From IMG/VR virus record IMGVR_UViG_3300044974_000943: a DNA stretch of 64,000 nt; one strand, 5' to 3'. This document shows positions 16,472 through 26,568 of the stretch, piece by piece. This DNA comes from a virus. Under the pieces are notes generated by a model. The model did no database searches and had not been told where the DNA came from. It saw only the letters and a program-made list of their open reading frames with translations. The translations under genes and the position numbers were made by a program. Numbering within the stretch: position 1 is the first letter of the stretch; every line of letters begins with the position of its first letter.

Positions 16472-19171
16472 TTATGGGGTAGTATCGATTGTTGTGGTTC
16501 CAGAGTAAGCGCTGATTTTGGTGCTATTGAAAGCATACAACCTAGCATAATATACAGTCGTTCCACTCAATCCGAAGATTAAGAATTTGTTATCAGCAGA
16601 CCTAGTAACACTAAGCTCTTCGAGAATTGTGAAAGTACTTGCACGACTAATCTCCAACTTATAATCGGTAGCATTACTTACTTGAGCGAACGTAATCTCA
16701 ACTTGACTTTCATCAAGTATATTGACATTAGTAATACTTGGCGCTGAAGATATAGCTAACGCTGTATATAGCTCTGCTGGTGTATTGATGGTAAGTGTAG
16801 TTGATGGCGAAGCTGTGCGATTAGTACCGTTATACCCATAAGCACGTAAATAATATGTGCGATTAGGTTTGAGTAAAAGCTCGATATTATTGGAACTGCT
16901 CTCAAAATAGGTATTGTCGAGTGTGAATGCACTATCTCGCGCCAAATTGACTAGATACTTAGAATAGCCAGTTAACACTACGTTTGCTCGGTCAAAATCA
17001 GCACTTCCACTAAGAGTTACTGTAGGAACCGTAAGAGATGCAGTACTAGGTTCTTCTGTATCACTAAACAAATTAGTTTTGAATAGGTATGGAGTAGAAA
17101 CATTTGAATTGGAGTCATATACAATTACCTGATATTGTGTGTCAGCAGAAAGAGATTCAAATGTGTAGCTATTAACGTCACCAACATTTTTTGGGAACGT
17201 GAAGCCACTTACAGGCACATAGTTGCCAGTATCTAGCACTTTTAGTTGGACACTGTATGAAGTAGCTCCAGCACTGCGCTTCCAGATGGCAGAAAAGGAA
17301 GTTTTGCCAACGATGCCCTTGTAGACCGCCAAAGCTGATGTACTGACCACATTGGAGTAAATGCCGCCGTTAAAGTTGCCGCGAATATAGTAATTGTTGT
17401 TGGAATCGAGCAAATTCTCTATATTGAAGCTGCCATTGTTTGCTACGCTTCTTGGATACCCTCTAAGCAAGAACTTGAAGTCAGAATCAGTGCTAACTTC
17501 AAGATTGTTGAGATTGTATGTCCAAGTTAGGAGGTTTTTGGCTAGTTGCAGTATAGGTGCAGCCGCTTTGGTCGAAAATGTCTGTATTGCAGTTGTTTTT
17601 GTGTCGCCAGATGCTGTTTTTCCAGTGATTGTGTAGCTGTAGTTTCTACTTGGCTCTAAGAATAGGTCAATTGTATGTGTGTTGGTGTTGCCGAGGCTCT
17701 TGTTGCGGTAGAAGTTGACCCCTAAGTAAGCATTTGACTCTGTTTTCCATACTGACAGCAAATAATTGGTGTAGCTGCCATTCAAAGTCCACCCAATAAC
17801 TGCCGAAGTATCGGTAATGCTAGTTGTAGTGATTCCAGTGATGCTTGTAAGGGCTGCTGAAGTTGTTGTAGTAACTGCATTGGAGTAATCTGAGGACTGA
17901 CTAGAATTGAGCGCCCTAATACGTGAATAATAGATTGTTGCAGGGCTAATGCCTTCATCCAACAACAAAGACCCGACATTCCCTACGATAGTAGAATAAG
18001 CAACCGAAGCAAATACGGATGAAGTACTTAACTCAAACAAATATCGAGTTGCATAACTGCGTAGAACCCATTGAAATAAGATACTACGAGAAGTGATTGT
18101 TGTCGGTGTGAGCAGTTGAGGGGGATTGAGAGAAGTATTAAGTGAAAGAGTAGTTACAACTTGTGTAGCGGAATATGCAGTCGTTTGCCATACAGAAATT
18201 GCCCGTACTCGCACATAGTAAACAGTTGCCGTAGTTAGTCCCGTAAAGCTGACCGACGTATTCTTGGTTGCAATAGTTTGCAAGATGCTGCTGAAATCTG
18301 ATGTAGCTGAAATTTGGACGCTATAGCTATCCGCCAAAGCCACTGCGTTCCAAGATACAGAAAAAGAAGTGAGGTAAATATCACTGATGTTGCTAATACT
18401 AGGAGTTGTGAGGTTCTGAAATTGTTCGTCATAAGTCTCTACGTCTCGAAGCGTCGTAAAAATAACCACATTGCTGCTAGATGAAGTTGTCGTGCCATCT
18501 GAAGCCCTTACACGATAGTAATATTGGTTTTCAGCCGTAAGTGACCCTACATCGCGAAAACCGACATCCCCAGCGTTGACGTTGTTTAGTATTAAAGAAG
18601 TAAACGCAGTGTCGGTTGCCAAATCTACAAAATAGGTGGTCGCGCCAGTTACTTTGCCCCAGTTAAGCTTTGCAGATATAGCCGTCAGGCTGGTTGTTCC
18701 TAGAGCATCAGGGATAGGAAAATTTGTCGTTGTTGAGAGTGAAGCTGAAGTCCACGCCGATAAACCAGTTTCATTTGAGAAGCGTAAGCGGTAGTAGTAT
18801 AGAGTTGAAGCCGCTAAGCCGCCAATAGTAAGTGCAAGAGTTTCTTTTTCTGTCGCAACTACGTTAGTGTCGAGTAAGAATGTCAAATTAGAATAAAGTG
18901 GTGCGCTAAAATCAGCGTTTACCGATACGTCAAGTTTTAGCTCTTTTATGTACTCGTTAGGTGCAGTTTTTTGTAGTTCTACTCTAATAGAGTTACTATC
19001 TTTTTTTGTCGCTACTATTATGGGTTGAGATGGTGATGGAGGAGTAACGCCGATGTTACTTGATGATGCAGGAGTAGTTACTGAGACTATATTTGAGTAG
19101 GCAGATTCACCATCAAGATTGACAGCTTTGGTGCGGTAGTAATATGTGGTAGATGGTTTGATTACAGTCAT
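16472..19171 (-). CDS. Multi-FN3-repeat virion surface protein
   Basis: About 8-9 repeats of W..V..A..Y.V..S....F...L...T.YY.RVRA..S..SN.V..TT. Confidence 0.85.
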   Translation of the reverse strand: MTVIKPSTTYYYRTKAVNLDGESAYSNIVSVTTPASSSNIGVTPPSPSQPIIVATKKDSNSIRVELQKTAPNEYIKELKLDVSVNADFSAPLYSNLTFLLDTNVVATEKETLALTIGGLAASTLYYYRLRFSNETGLSAWTSASLSTTTNFPIPDALGTTSLTAISAKLNWGKVTGATTYFVDLATDTAFTSLILNNVNAGDVGFRDVGSLTAENQYYYRVRASDGTTTSSSSNVVIFTTLRDVETYDEQFQNLTTPSISNISDIYLTSFSVSWNAVALADSYSVQISATSDFSSILQTIATKNTSVSFTGLTTATVYYVRVRAISVWQTTAYSATQVVTTLSLNTSLNPPQLLTPTTITSRSILFQWVLRSYATRYLFELSTSSVFASVAYSTIVGNVGSLLLDEGISPATIYYSRIRALNSSQSSDYSNAVTTTTSAALTSITGITTTSITDTSAVIGWTLNGSYTNYLLSVWKTESNAYLGVNFYRNKSLGNTNTHTIDLFLEPSRNYSYTITGKTASGDTKTTAIQTFSTKAAAPILQLAKNLLTWTYNLNNLEVSTDSDFKFLLRGYPRSVANNGSFNIENLLDSNNNYYIRGNFNGGIYSNVVSTSALAVYKGIVGKTSFSAIWKRSAGATSYSVQLKVLDTGNYVPVSGFTFPKNVGDVNSYTFESLSADTQYQVIVYDSNSNVSTPYLFKTNLFSDTEEPSTASLTVPTVTLSGSADFDRANVVLTGYSKYLVNLARDSAFTLDNTYFESSSNNIELLLKPNRTYYLRAYGYNGTNRTASPSTTLTINTPAELYTALAISSAPSITNVNILDESQVEITFAQVSNATDYKLEISRASTFTILEELSVTRSADNKFLIFGLSGTTVYYARLYAFNSTKISAYSGTTTIDTTP

Positions 19172-19920
19172 TATCTTAAATAAGTATCTGTTTCAGGGTT
19201 GAAATTAGTAGTGTACCTAGCTACACCTTTTGTCACTCTAGCTCCCTTCATATAACCCTGAAACAGGCTAGAGAAACCAGCCCCACTAATTACGCTGCCA
19301 AGAGTGAATTTAGGATTAGCAATATTGTTTAGCTCCACTGTTCCGCTAGTTCCCTCAATTCCATTTACCCAAATACGAGCTGTTGTGCCGACTTTGGTTG
19401 CGGCGACATGATACCAAGTATTCAAGGCGATTGTCGTTGAGAAAAATGCACCATTTAAAGTTACCCAATTTCTAAATCTAAATTCATTAGCGCTGGCACA
19501 CAAGAATATACCAGCATCACCCCATGAAAAGCCTTGAGCATTGCCCATAATGGCTGTTGTTACACCTATACTTGTAAAGCGCACCCATACCTCGAAAGTG
19601 AGGTCGCCAGAGCCAAATGTAAGTCCACTATCCGTGAGAGTTTCTAAGTAATTAGTGCCGCCAGTTGCAGGAAAGAACAGGGAACTTGTCCCATATTTGA
19701 TTTGGTCGGTTGAAGTTACTACATTACCAATTCTTGTAATAAACCTACTTCTACTGCTACTATCTGTAATTACAGTCCCATTATTAACTCCCTCACCTTG
19801 CAATAGTAATTCTACTAAATTAAAGTAAGGTTCTGGAAATTTATAAGAGGGCAAATCAAAACCAAATAATCCAGAACTTAGTCCTAATCCTCTAGGAAAT
19901 CCATGAGTACCAAAATTCAC
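19171..19920 (-). CDS. LamG/ConA-like tail fibre head
   Basis: LLLQGEG.N..TVITDSS, DLTFEVWVR, NTWYHVAATK.G...IWVNG, RVTKGVARYTTNF.P. Confidence 0.85.
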   Translation of the reverse strand: MNFGTHGFPRGLGLSSGLFGFDLPSYKFPEPYFNLVELLLQGEGVNNGTVITDSSSRSRFITRIGNVVTSTDQIKYGTSSLFFPATGGTNYLETLTDSGLTFGSGDLTFEVWVRFTSIGVTTAIMGNAQGFSWGDAGIFLCASANEFRFRNWVTLNGAFFSTTIALNTWYHVAATKVGTTARIWVNGIEGTSGTVELNNIANPKFTLGSVISGAGFSSLFQGYMKGARVTKGVARYTTNFNPETDTYLR

Positions 19921-20300
19921 TAAAAATCCCCTCCTTCAGCAATTATTCTAAAACTTTCTGCATTATTAGTGGATACTCTAATACTTTTACTATTTGACAG
20001 AATAAAAGAAAGGCTACCTAATTGTGAATAAAATGATTCTACTGTGGCACTAGGAGTTATAGCATTTACACTAACCTCTAACCATAAATCAGTATTTGTA
20101 CCATCAAATAAATAAAATCTAATCATTCCAGCCGTAGTTGTTCCAGTAGCACAAATAGTAATTCGCTCTACCCTGCTACCATTAGCTCCAGCAGTAAATA
20201 AGTTGACAATAGTGCCAGTACCATCCCGATTAGTATTAGCCGCAGATATTGTTGCTCTTTCTGTCCTTGGTATTGCTGTATATGCTGGTGATGTTGCCAT
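19920..20300 (-). CDS. Small beta-sandwich fibre adaptor-like protein
   Basis: TAGANGSRVERI..GGDF; TAGTG overlap with the downstream LamG gene. Confidence 0.65.
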   Translation of the reverse strand: MATSPAYTAIPRTERATISAANTNRDGTGTIVNLFTAGANGSRVERITICATGTTTAGMIRFYLFDGTNTDLWLEVSVNAITPSATVESFYSQLGSLSFILSNSKSIRVSTNNAESFRIIAEGGDF

Positions 20301-20306
20301 TTGTGT

Positions 20307-21164
20307 TTAAATTAGGTTAAAAAATTCGTAAAGTCCTGCTTTGTTACCTTCTATTGTAACAGTCACATCGCTTCCAGTATTTGAGGCTACTACACCATTA
20401 CCCACAAAATTAAGACTTGTCGCCGCAGAAGTCAATGTTATACCCTCATCTCTAATTTCTACGTTAGTGCCAGAACTTCCAGCAGTAGAATTAATAGTCA
20501 AAGTACCTGCGGTGTCATTGTAGTTTAAAGAAATATTTGTACCAGCAACTAAAGTATTAGCTATCTCATCTTGAATTGATTCAGTGCCATTAGCAGCACT
20601 TGTCACTCTTCCTTTAGCATCCACAGTGATATTTGCATTCGTATAACTTCCTGCGGTTACACCAGAATTAGTAAGTGTTAGAGTAATGCTTGTTGCCCCA
20701 CTTCCAGTTGCATCCCCAGACACAGTAATATTTTGATTTGCTGAAAGTTTACTTGCTAGGTCGCTCGTTAAATTTGTTATTTTTGCTTGGCTAAGACTAC
20801 TAACCTGCGTATCGCCAATACTCGCGCCGACCACAGAAAAAGTAAGTGTATTAGCAGTGTCATTATAACTAGCACTAATTGTCGAGCTATTTTGTATAAG
20901 CGAAGCAACTCGGTCATCTACTGCTTCGCTAAAATTAAGTACATCAGTCGCAGCTACGTCAGCTTTGAGCTTGAACCATCGTCCTGTACCCGAAGCTGGC
21001 AATAATATCGACACATCATCAGCAGTAGCCGTAGAGGCGGAATTATAGCTAAACCACGCATTGACAGACCTACACAGTCGCGCATAGCCATTTGTAAGCA
21101 AAGCAGTCGGGAGTGACTTGATTGCTGAAATATCGCTGATGGAATATCCAATTTTTACTGTCAT
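20307..21164 (-). CDS. Tail fibre protein with N-terminal ..GRWF module and fibre repeats
   Basis: EAVDDRVASL, YNDTANTLT, GVTAGSYTNANITVDAKGRVTSAANG. Confidence 0.75.
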   Translation of the reverse strand: MTVKIGYSISDISAIKSLPTALLTNGYARLCRSVNAWFSYNSASTATADDVSILLPASGTGRWFKLKADVAATDVLNFSEAVDDRVASLIQNSSTISASYNDTANTLTFSVVGASIGDTQVSSLSQAKITNLTSDLASKLSANQNITVSGDATGSGATSITLTLTNSGVTAGSYTNANITVDAKGRVTSAANGTESIQDEIANTLVAGTNISLNYNDTAGTLTINSTAGSSGTNVEIRDEGITLTSAATSLNFVGNGVVASNTGSDVTVTIEGNKAGLYEFFNLI

Positions 21165-21213
21165 ATTTTAATAGTATACAATAGAAGTAGAAAATTAATA
21201 AATTGGTAAGCGG

Positions 21214-22356
21214 ATGTCGCTCACAGATAAATTAACGGCAGAGAAAGCTGGGCTAGAGTCGTATTTAGATTCTGAGCGTGGGGCTAAGCTTGAGCAAAGT
21301 CAAATAGATAGGCTAGATACGTTAAATAGTCTGCTAGGTATAGGTTCTGGTGGCGTTGCTGATACAACTGCAACAGGTACAATTACCACTCAAAATCTAG
21401 TTCCCACTGGTGCTGCAACGGCTGGCTCCACTGTATCTATAGACCTTGATAGCAAAGGTACAGTTACGATTCAAGTAACTGGAACTTATACAGGCGCTCT
21501 ATCAGCACAAATCACCACCGATGGGACTAATTGGGTTACTCCTACGAATGCCGTATTTAAAAATATGGTCACAGGTACGAATAGTGCTACTATTCCAAGC
21601 GCGTCTGTGGGGATTTGGCAGATTGAAGTTATAGGACACGCAAAATTTAGATTGAGCGCTCTTGCAGCCGTCACAGGTACAGCTACAGTAGCTTTAAGAG
21701 CGGCGGCAAATACTTCACAAGTAAGCGTTGCGGGTGTATCTACAGCAGCGAATCAAACAACTGGAAATGCTTCTCTTACTTCTATAGATAGTAAGACACC
21801 AGCCCTAGGACAAGCCTTAGCCGCTAGTTCAGTACCTGTAGTCCTCCCTGCTGCACAACTATCAGCACTTACCCCTTTTACCCCAAAAGTAAAAGAACTA
21901 ACATCAGCCCTAATCACTCGCACCTCTGGTCTTGCACAATACTCAATAGGGGATAGTTATGGTGGTAGAGGTGTATTTGCTAATGTAGGGGCTGTTGGAG
22001 AATCATTATTTATAAATGATTTTCAAGTGATTATTGATATCACCGCTATCCCTACAAATATGGCGCTTTCAGTACGTTTTTTTACAACTGAAGCTGATAC
22101 CCAAGTAACGGGCGCATCAGTATCTGATAATTCACTGCTCACAGCTACACTCCCTAATACTGCTACTCCTGCTGATGGGTATCCACTGATTATTACTGTG
22201 ATTGGAGATAAGGTGTTTGCGGTTGCCAAAAACATCAAATTTATCACTCCTCTAGAAGCTACTAGCCTATGGTTTTACTTGCGCTGTAATGCAGCTTTTA
22301 CCCCTGCTGCCAACTCTGAAACAATGACAGCAAAAGCTAGTTGTGAGGTGTACTGA
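21214..22356 (+). CDS. Tail fibre or structural protein
   Basis: T/A/G-rich; STAANQTTGNASLTSIDSKTPALGQA fibre repeat. Confidence 0.65.
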   Translation: MSLTDKLTAEKAGLESYLDSERGAKLEQSQIDRLDTLNSLLGIGSGGVADTTATGTITTQNLVPTGAATAGSTVSIDLDSKGTVTIQVTGTYTGALSAQITTDGTNWVTPTNAVFKNMVTGTNSATIPSASVGIWQIEVIGHAKFRLSALAAVTGTATVALRAAANTSQVSVAGVSTAANQTTGNASLTSIDSKTPALGQALAASSVPVVLPAAQLSALTPFTPKVKELTSALITRTSGLAQYSIGDSYGGRGVFANVGAVGESLFINDFQVIIDITAIPTNMALSVRFFTTEADTQVTGASVSDNSLLTATLPNTATPADGYPLIITVIGDKVFAVAKNIKFITPLEATSLWFYLRCNAAFTPAANSETMTAKASCEVY

Positions 22357-23648
22357 TGTTTGCTAAAAGATTATTGAGGGATAGTGAGCAACAAACAACA
22401 AAATGGGCTGTAAAACAAGCTGCTTATAGGCGTATTGATTTTTTAATGATTGGTGATAGCAATCAACTTTTAGGTGGACACGGATGGGATGAGGGTTTTC
22501 AAGATGCGCTCTCAAATCAATTTGGGTTGTACGCAACAGGATGGATAAGCGCGAACAACAACAATGGGAACGGTACTGGACAGGGCTATTTTTATAGCTC
22601 TTTGAATGGCGGCAACAATAACATCAATGGACAAACAACAGGTGCGCCTAGCTTTTTTGCAGATAGTTGGGCTTTGCCTATGGGTACTCAGCAGTATGCG
22701 TACATCCCCCCCTCTGGAGTAAACGCATTTAGGGGTAGTAATGGCATCGTCTTGGACAAAACTGGTACATGGGATATCAATGGCGCATTTAAGGGGCATT
22801 ACTGCTTTGGGTTGTTTGCTACAAATGGTGGGGCTATTAATGGCGCTCAATTTAGGAGTGAGGAGTCGCCATTTTATAATTTAGGCGCTATTGCGAGTTT
22901 TTCTTGTGTAGGAGCTTCTGATTCATTAGCTTATGGGGTAATTGATATTCCGTCAGGACGAACGACTAGCACTATGAATCGAAATACATCTTGCAGATGG
23001 TGGCTACCAAGTCAAGCTACTTCTACTGGCGCTGTTTTTGCTTTGTATAATCGCATTGAAATTAATAATAGGATAAGGGGCTGTAGTGTCCATACTATGC
23101 ATGGGGTAGGGGGGCAATCTTTAAGAGGTATGGCTGCGGGATTCCAGTCAACCCCAGATGCTACTATCATTACTTGCTTTAAAGAAGCAAGAAGATTGCA
23201 AGAAGCTCAAGGTTTAGTTCCTATTGTTGTAATCTGGGTCAGTAGTGGTTTGAACGACCGCAATGAGGTGCTTGCAAGTGTAGGTAGTAAAGCTATTAGT
23301 GATGGGAGCAGCGCTTCAGCTTTTGCGGACAACTTGGATGCTTTAGTAACTCGATTTGAGGCAGTTTGGCTTTCTCAAGGGTGGGCTATTGAGCAATTAT
23401 TTTGGTTAGTCGTCCCATCTCATCCAGTGAGTACTCCTGATGATTCTAAATTAATAAACTACAGGAATGCATCCAAGGATTATGTTTCAAACAATCCTCG
23501 GATGAGCGTGGTAGATATTACAGAATTGACAAACGCCTCGGAGATGACATCTCAAAATTGGTATCTGTCTGGCACAGATAAAAGCCATTTATCTCTTGCT
23601 GGCTACTATAATTTGGCTGGGCGGATTGTTAGTTCTCTTTTAAATTAA
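22356..23648 (+). CDS. SGNH/GDSL hydrolase-domain protein (receptor esterase-like)
   Basis: IGDSN (block I), HGVGG (II), GLND (III), DKSH (V). Confidence 0.8.
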   Translation: MFAKRLLRDSEQQTTKWAVKQAAYRRIDFLMIGDSNQLLGGHGWDEGFQDALSNQFGLYATGWISANNNNGNGTGQGYFYSSLNGGNNNINGQTTGAPSFFADSWALPMGTQQYAYIPPSGVNAFRGSNGIVLDKTGTWDINGAFKGHYCFGLFATNGGAINGAQFRSEESPFYNLGAIASFSCVGASDSLAYGVIDIPSGRTTSTMNRNTSCRWWLPSQATSTGAVFALYNRIEINNRIRGCSVHTMHGVGGQSLRGMAAGFQSTPDATIITCFKEARRLQEAQGLVPIVVIWVSSGLNDRNEVLASVGSKAISDGSSASAFADNLDALVTRFEAVWLSQGWAIEQLFWLVVPSHPVSTPDDSKLINYRNASKDYVSNNPRMSVVDITELTNASEMTSQNWYLSGTDKSHLSLAGYYNLAGRIVSSLLN

Positions 23649-23671
23649 ATAGTATGGAAATAACAACATAA

Positions 23672-24112
23672 ATGAACAAACGACAGTGGATTCTTTCTCA
23701 ATCTGAAGCCCTAAACATCACAAATCCCAATGATTTGTGGAGTTATCTGTTAGCAACTGAAGTGGAAGTTGTTAACACAGTACCTAGGCTTGACGTGCCA
23801 AAACTAATTGATATTAGAGAGGCTTTCACACTTATCCCTGACAATGAAAAGCTCCCTATTAGCGAGAGCTTAACCTACAGGCAAGGCTTGATTCCTGCCC
23901 TTCAAAATGGAGATATTGGATTTATTCAGGATAACATCACCACCCTTGTTGTTGGTGGTATGATGTCGCCTCAAACTGCTCAAGCTTTAGGTGCATTAAT
24001 GGCACAAACTGAACCTGACCCTAACTGGCAACCAACAGTAAAAGTGCCTATGTACGTGGCTGCTGGTTTTGATTCTTTGAGTCTACAGGATACAATAGAT
24101 ACATTACTTTAG
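23672..24112 (+). CDS. Hypothetical protein, possibly a fibre assembly factor
   Basis: 146-aa ORF directly after the SGNH gene. Confidence 0.6.
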   Translation: MNKRQWILSQSEALNITNPNDLWSYLLATEVEVVNTVPRLDVPKLIDIREAFTLIPDNEKLPISESLTYRQGLIPALQNGDIGFIQDNITTLVVGGMMSPQTAQALGALMAQTEPDPNWQPTVKVPMYVAAGFDSLSLQDTIDTLL

Positions 24113-24130
24113 CAATTTACTGCCTAAAAC

Positions 24131-24886
24131 ATGAGAATTTCAGCATACGCAAGAGCAACTAAATATAAAAATGCAAATTTTGCACCTTTTGATTGGGCAG
24201 GATTAGCTGGCAAAGCATTATCTACTTCTGGTGGTGCGGCTAAAATTGGTGCTGGCATCGGTGCAGGTGTTGGTGCTATTAATTATCTTGGCAGTGATGA
24301 CAAATCAATTGGCAATCTTGCTGGTCAAGTGGCTGGAGGTGCAGCATTAGGTGGAGCTGCTGGTTATGGTGGTGCAAGCCTAAGAAATGCTTGGCAAGCA
24401 CGTAAAGCTGGTCAAGTTGGTAATCAGGCTCTTTTACCTGCTACTACAAATGCTTCAGCTACAAATGTAACCCAGACACCGATTAACAATCAGCCATTTA
24501 CTCCAAACGCGCCTAAACCACAAGCTCAGTTACCTGCGGCTCAGCCAGTTCAAAGACCACAACCTACTCAGAACGGTGTAATAACAACACCTCCCCCTGC
24601 AAGTCAACAAACTATTGATACTACAGCTATCACTGTCCCTAACGCTAGTGGACAAACTCAATCTGGCAATTCTCAACCATACCCTTTAGCTAATCGCACT
24701 ACTCAAGGTGTTGGGCAAGAACAAATTGGGACTCTTTCACAAAAACGTAGAAAGGTGCAGTTAAGAAATGCTCCAGCAGGAACATATCAAACTAATGGTT
24801 TACCTCCTACTGTAAGTAATAATAATAAAGCTGAATCTCCTTTCGCTAATTTCAAAGTGCGCCGTTACAACGGATTCATATACTAA
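24131..24886 (+). CDS. Gly/Ala-rich low-complexity protein with ANF motifs (candidate internal or ejection protein)
   Basis: KNANFAPF at N-terminus, glycine-zipper segments GAGIGAGVGA and GAALGGAAG, PFANF near C-terminus. Confidence 0.65.
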   Translation: MRISAYARATKYKNANFAPFDWAGLAGKALSTSGGAAKIGAGIGAGVGAINYLGSDDKSIGNLAGQVAGGAALGGAAGYGGASLRNAWQARKAGQVGNQALLPATTNASATNVTQTPINNQPFTPNAPKPQAQLPAAQPVQRPQPTQNGVITTPPPASQQTIDTTAITVPNASGQTQSGNSQPYPLANRTTQGVGQEQIGTLSQKRRKVQLRNAPAGTYQTNGLPPTVSNNNKAESPFANFKVRRYNGFIY

Positions 24887-24889
24887 AAA

Positions 24890-25795
24890 TTAACCAAGAT
24901 TATTCCAAAGATTTTCAGATAAATTGTTCCACTGGGAATCTTCTAAATTATCCCAAACATAAGTTGCAAGCACAATTAAATTACTATCGAAACCTAAAGC
25001 GCTATTTGTCTCTAGGTTTTTTATTTTTAGGGGCAGATTGTACACGATTCGGGGTGCAGAAAGAAGTGAGGTCGCCAATTCTAGTTCACTCTCAGTTGTC
25101 AGCAGCAGCTTGTCAAATTTTAGCTCTGATTGCGGAATATAGTCCGATACTCGTCGTCCAAGCTCCAAAAGATGCACATTATCGATAGCTGGCACAAAAA
25201 GCAAGAAATTAAGCAGCTCACCGCCAAATCCTTCGCCTAAAACAAATGACGACAAGTTTGGTAACATATATCCAGCATCAAGTTTGGTGTTTTGTTGAAA
25301 ATCAGCTAAATTTATCGATGTATTTGTCACTCCAGTAACAACATCATGCGAAAGTAGGCAGACTTGAGTAGTTTCGAGGTCGCCAAGAGTCAATTCTCGG
25401 TCAGAAACGTTGAGTCGTGAGTAATTCTGTGCAAAATTCGTAGTAGTGTAGTCAATTTCGAGCAGTTTGGGTAGATTTGGGTTGGTTTTGCCAACTTTTA
25501 GTAATGAATTAGCTGAATTTTTAGATACGACAAGTAAAGAGTAGCCAGAAGCGCCAGAAATGATGTCTGAGACGCGAGGAGATAATTTCTGGGTAGAAGT
25601 AAACGTTATCCCTTCAACACCTCGTTGCGGAAAGTTTAGTGCGCCTGTAGAGATAAAGTCGTAATCTGTGTTGCCAATTAAATTTAGCTGAGTGAAAGTT
25701 GACCCACTCACGCTACTATATGCAACATTAGTGAAGTCAAGATAACTGCGGCATGGAAGTGCGTTGTCTGCGATATAATCGAGCGATAGTGTCAT
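24890..25795 (-). CDS. Structural protein, divergent ConA-like
   Basis: FVLGEGFGGEL; C-terminal WDNL..WNNL..WNNL repeat also seen at the end of 36043..37440. Confidence 0.55.
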   Translation of the reverse strand: MTLSLDYIADNALPCRSYLDFTNVAYSSVSGSTFTQLNLIGNTDYDFISTGALNFPQRGVEGITFTSTQKLSPRVSDIISGASGYSLLVVSKNSANSLLKVGKTNPNLPKLLEIDYTTTNFAQNYSRLNVSDRELTLGDLETTQVCLLSHDVVTGVTNTSINLADFQQNTKLDAGYMLPNLSSFVLGEGFGGELLNFLLFVPAIDNVHLLELGRRVSDYIPQSELKFDKLLLTTESELELATSLLSAPRIVYNLPLKIKNLETNSALGFDSNLIVLATYVWDNLEDSQWNNLSENLWNNLG

Positions 25796-25829
25796 GTGTT
25801 AGGCTTGTTATTATTTATATTTTACTATT

Positions 25830-26315
25830 ATGACCATTTTGCTTTCTTGTGACATAGGATACCGCAATCTCGGATTTTCTGTAATAGAGGCAGAAAAAGA
25901 AAATCTGAAGTTATTGTATGCTGAAAATTTTGTCACAACTGGCAAAACTATCTCTGAGAATCTTAGTGAAATAGCGACACATTTCAAGCAACTAGTTAAA
26001 CAATATAAACCAAACACTTACATTTTTGAAGACCCTGTAATGAAAGGCGCGACTGGGGCAAAGTTGAATCAAGTAATTGGGGTACTTAGGTATTTGTCGT
26101 ATAAATATGAATTAGCTGAGTTTTGTTATAAGCCTACCGAAGTAAAAAAAGCAGTTACATCGGGGGGTGGAGCAGATAAGCAGCAGGTGATTGATGCAGT
26201 TGAAAAAGTATTTCCAGAACGTAAGTTCCCTTTAAGAGACAACCACTGCGCGGATAGTACGGCAGTGGCGCTTTGTCACATTTACAAAACTAAAATTCAG
26301 ATTGCGGATTCATAA
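25830..26315 (+). CDS. ruvC: RuvC-like Holliday junction resolvase
   Basis: LSCDIGYRNLGFSV, FED, YKPTEVKKAVTSGGGADKQQV, DNHCADSTAVA. Confidence 0.9.
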   Translation: MTILLSCDIGYRNLGFSVIEAEKENLKLLYAENFVTTGKTISENLSEIATHFKQLVKQYKPNTYIFEDPVMKGATGAKLNQVIGVLRYLSYKYELAEFCYKPTEVKKAVTSGGGADKQQVIDAVEKVFPERKFPLRDNHCADSTAVALCHIYKTKIQIADS

Positions 26316-26565
26316 GTTTGTAGAGTAATCTACCAACATTCATATCAACGCTACTTTGCATCTTTTTGCGGTCTGGTTTTGTGGAAAACTCTTCAGGAGT
26401 ATAAGTTATTTGCAAGTTGTAGGTCTTGCCATCAGTAGTACGCACTTTACGAGTAAGGCGTATAGCTTCAGGCGATTTTACAATTTCACAAGAAACATCT
26501 TTCCGTTCACCAACAACTCCTAAACAACTTTTTAAATACATGTCAAGAATTACTGAATTTTTCAT
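26290..26565 (-). CDS. Small basic hypothetical protein, paralog of the C-half of 1807..2328
   Basis: Shared TR.V.T.DG.TY...I.(Y/F)TP pattern. Confidence 0.65.
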   Translation of the reverse strand: MKNSVILDMYLKSCLGVVGERKDVSCEIVKSPEAIRLTRKVRTTDGKTYNLQITYTPEEFSTKPDRKKMQSSVDMNVGRLLYKLMNPQSEF

Positions 26566-26568
26566 AAT

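Noticed and set aside
25812-25819. T4-type late promoter TATAAATA
   Set aside because: Found before only one structural gene; other copies (e.g. 50882) are not upstream of a co-oriented gene; expected by chance in AT-rich DNA
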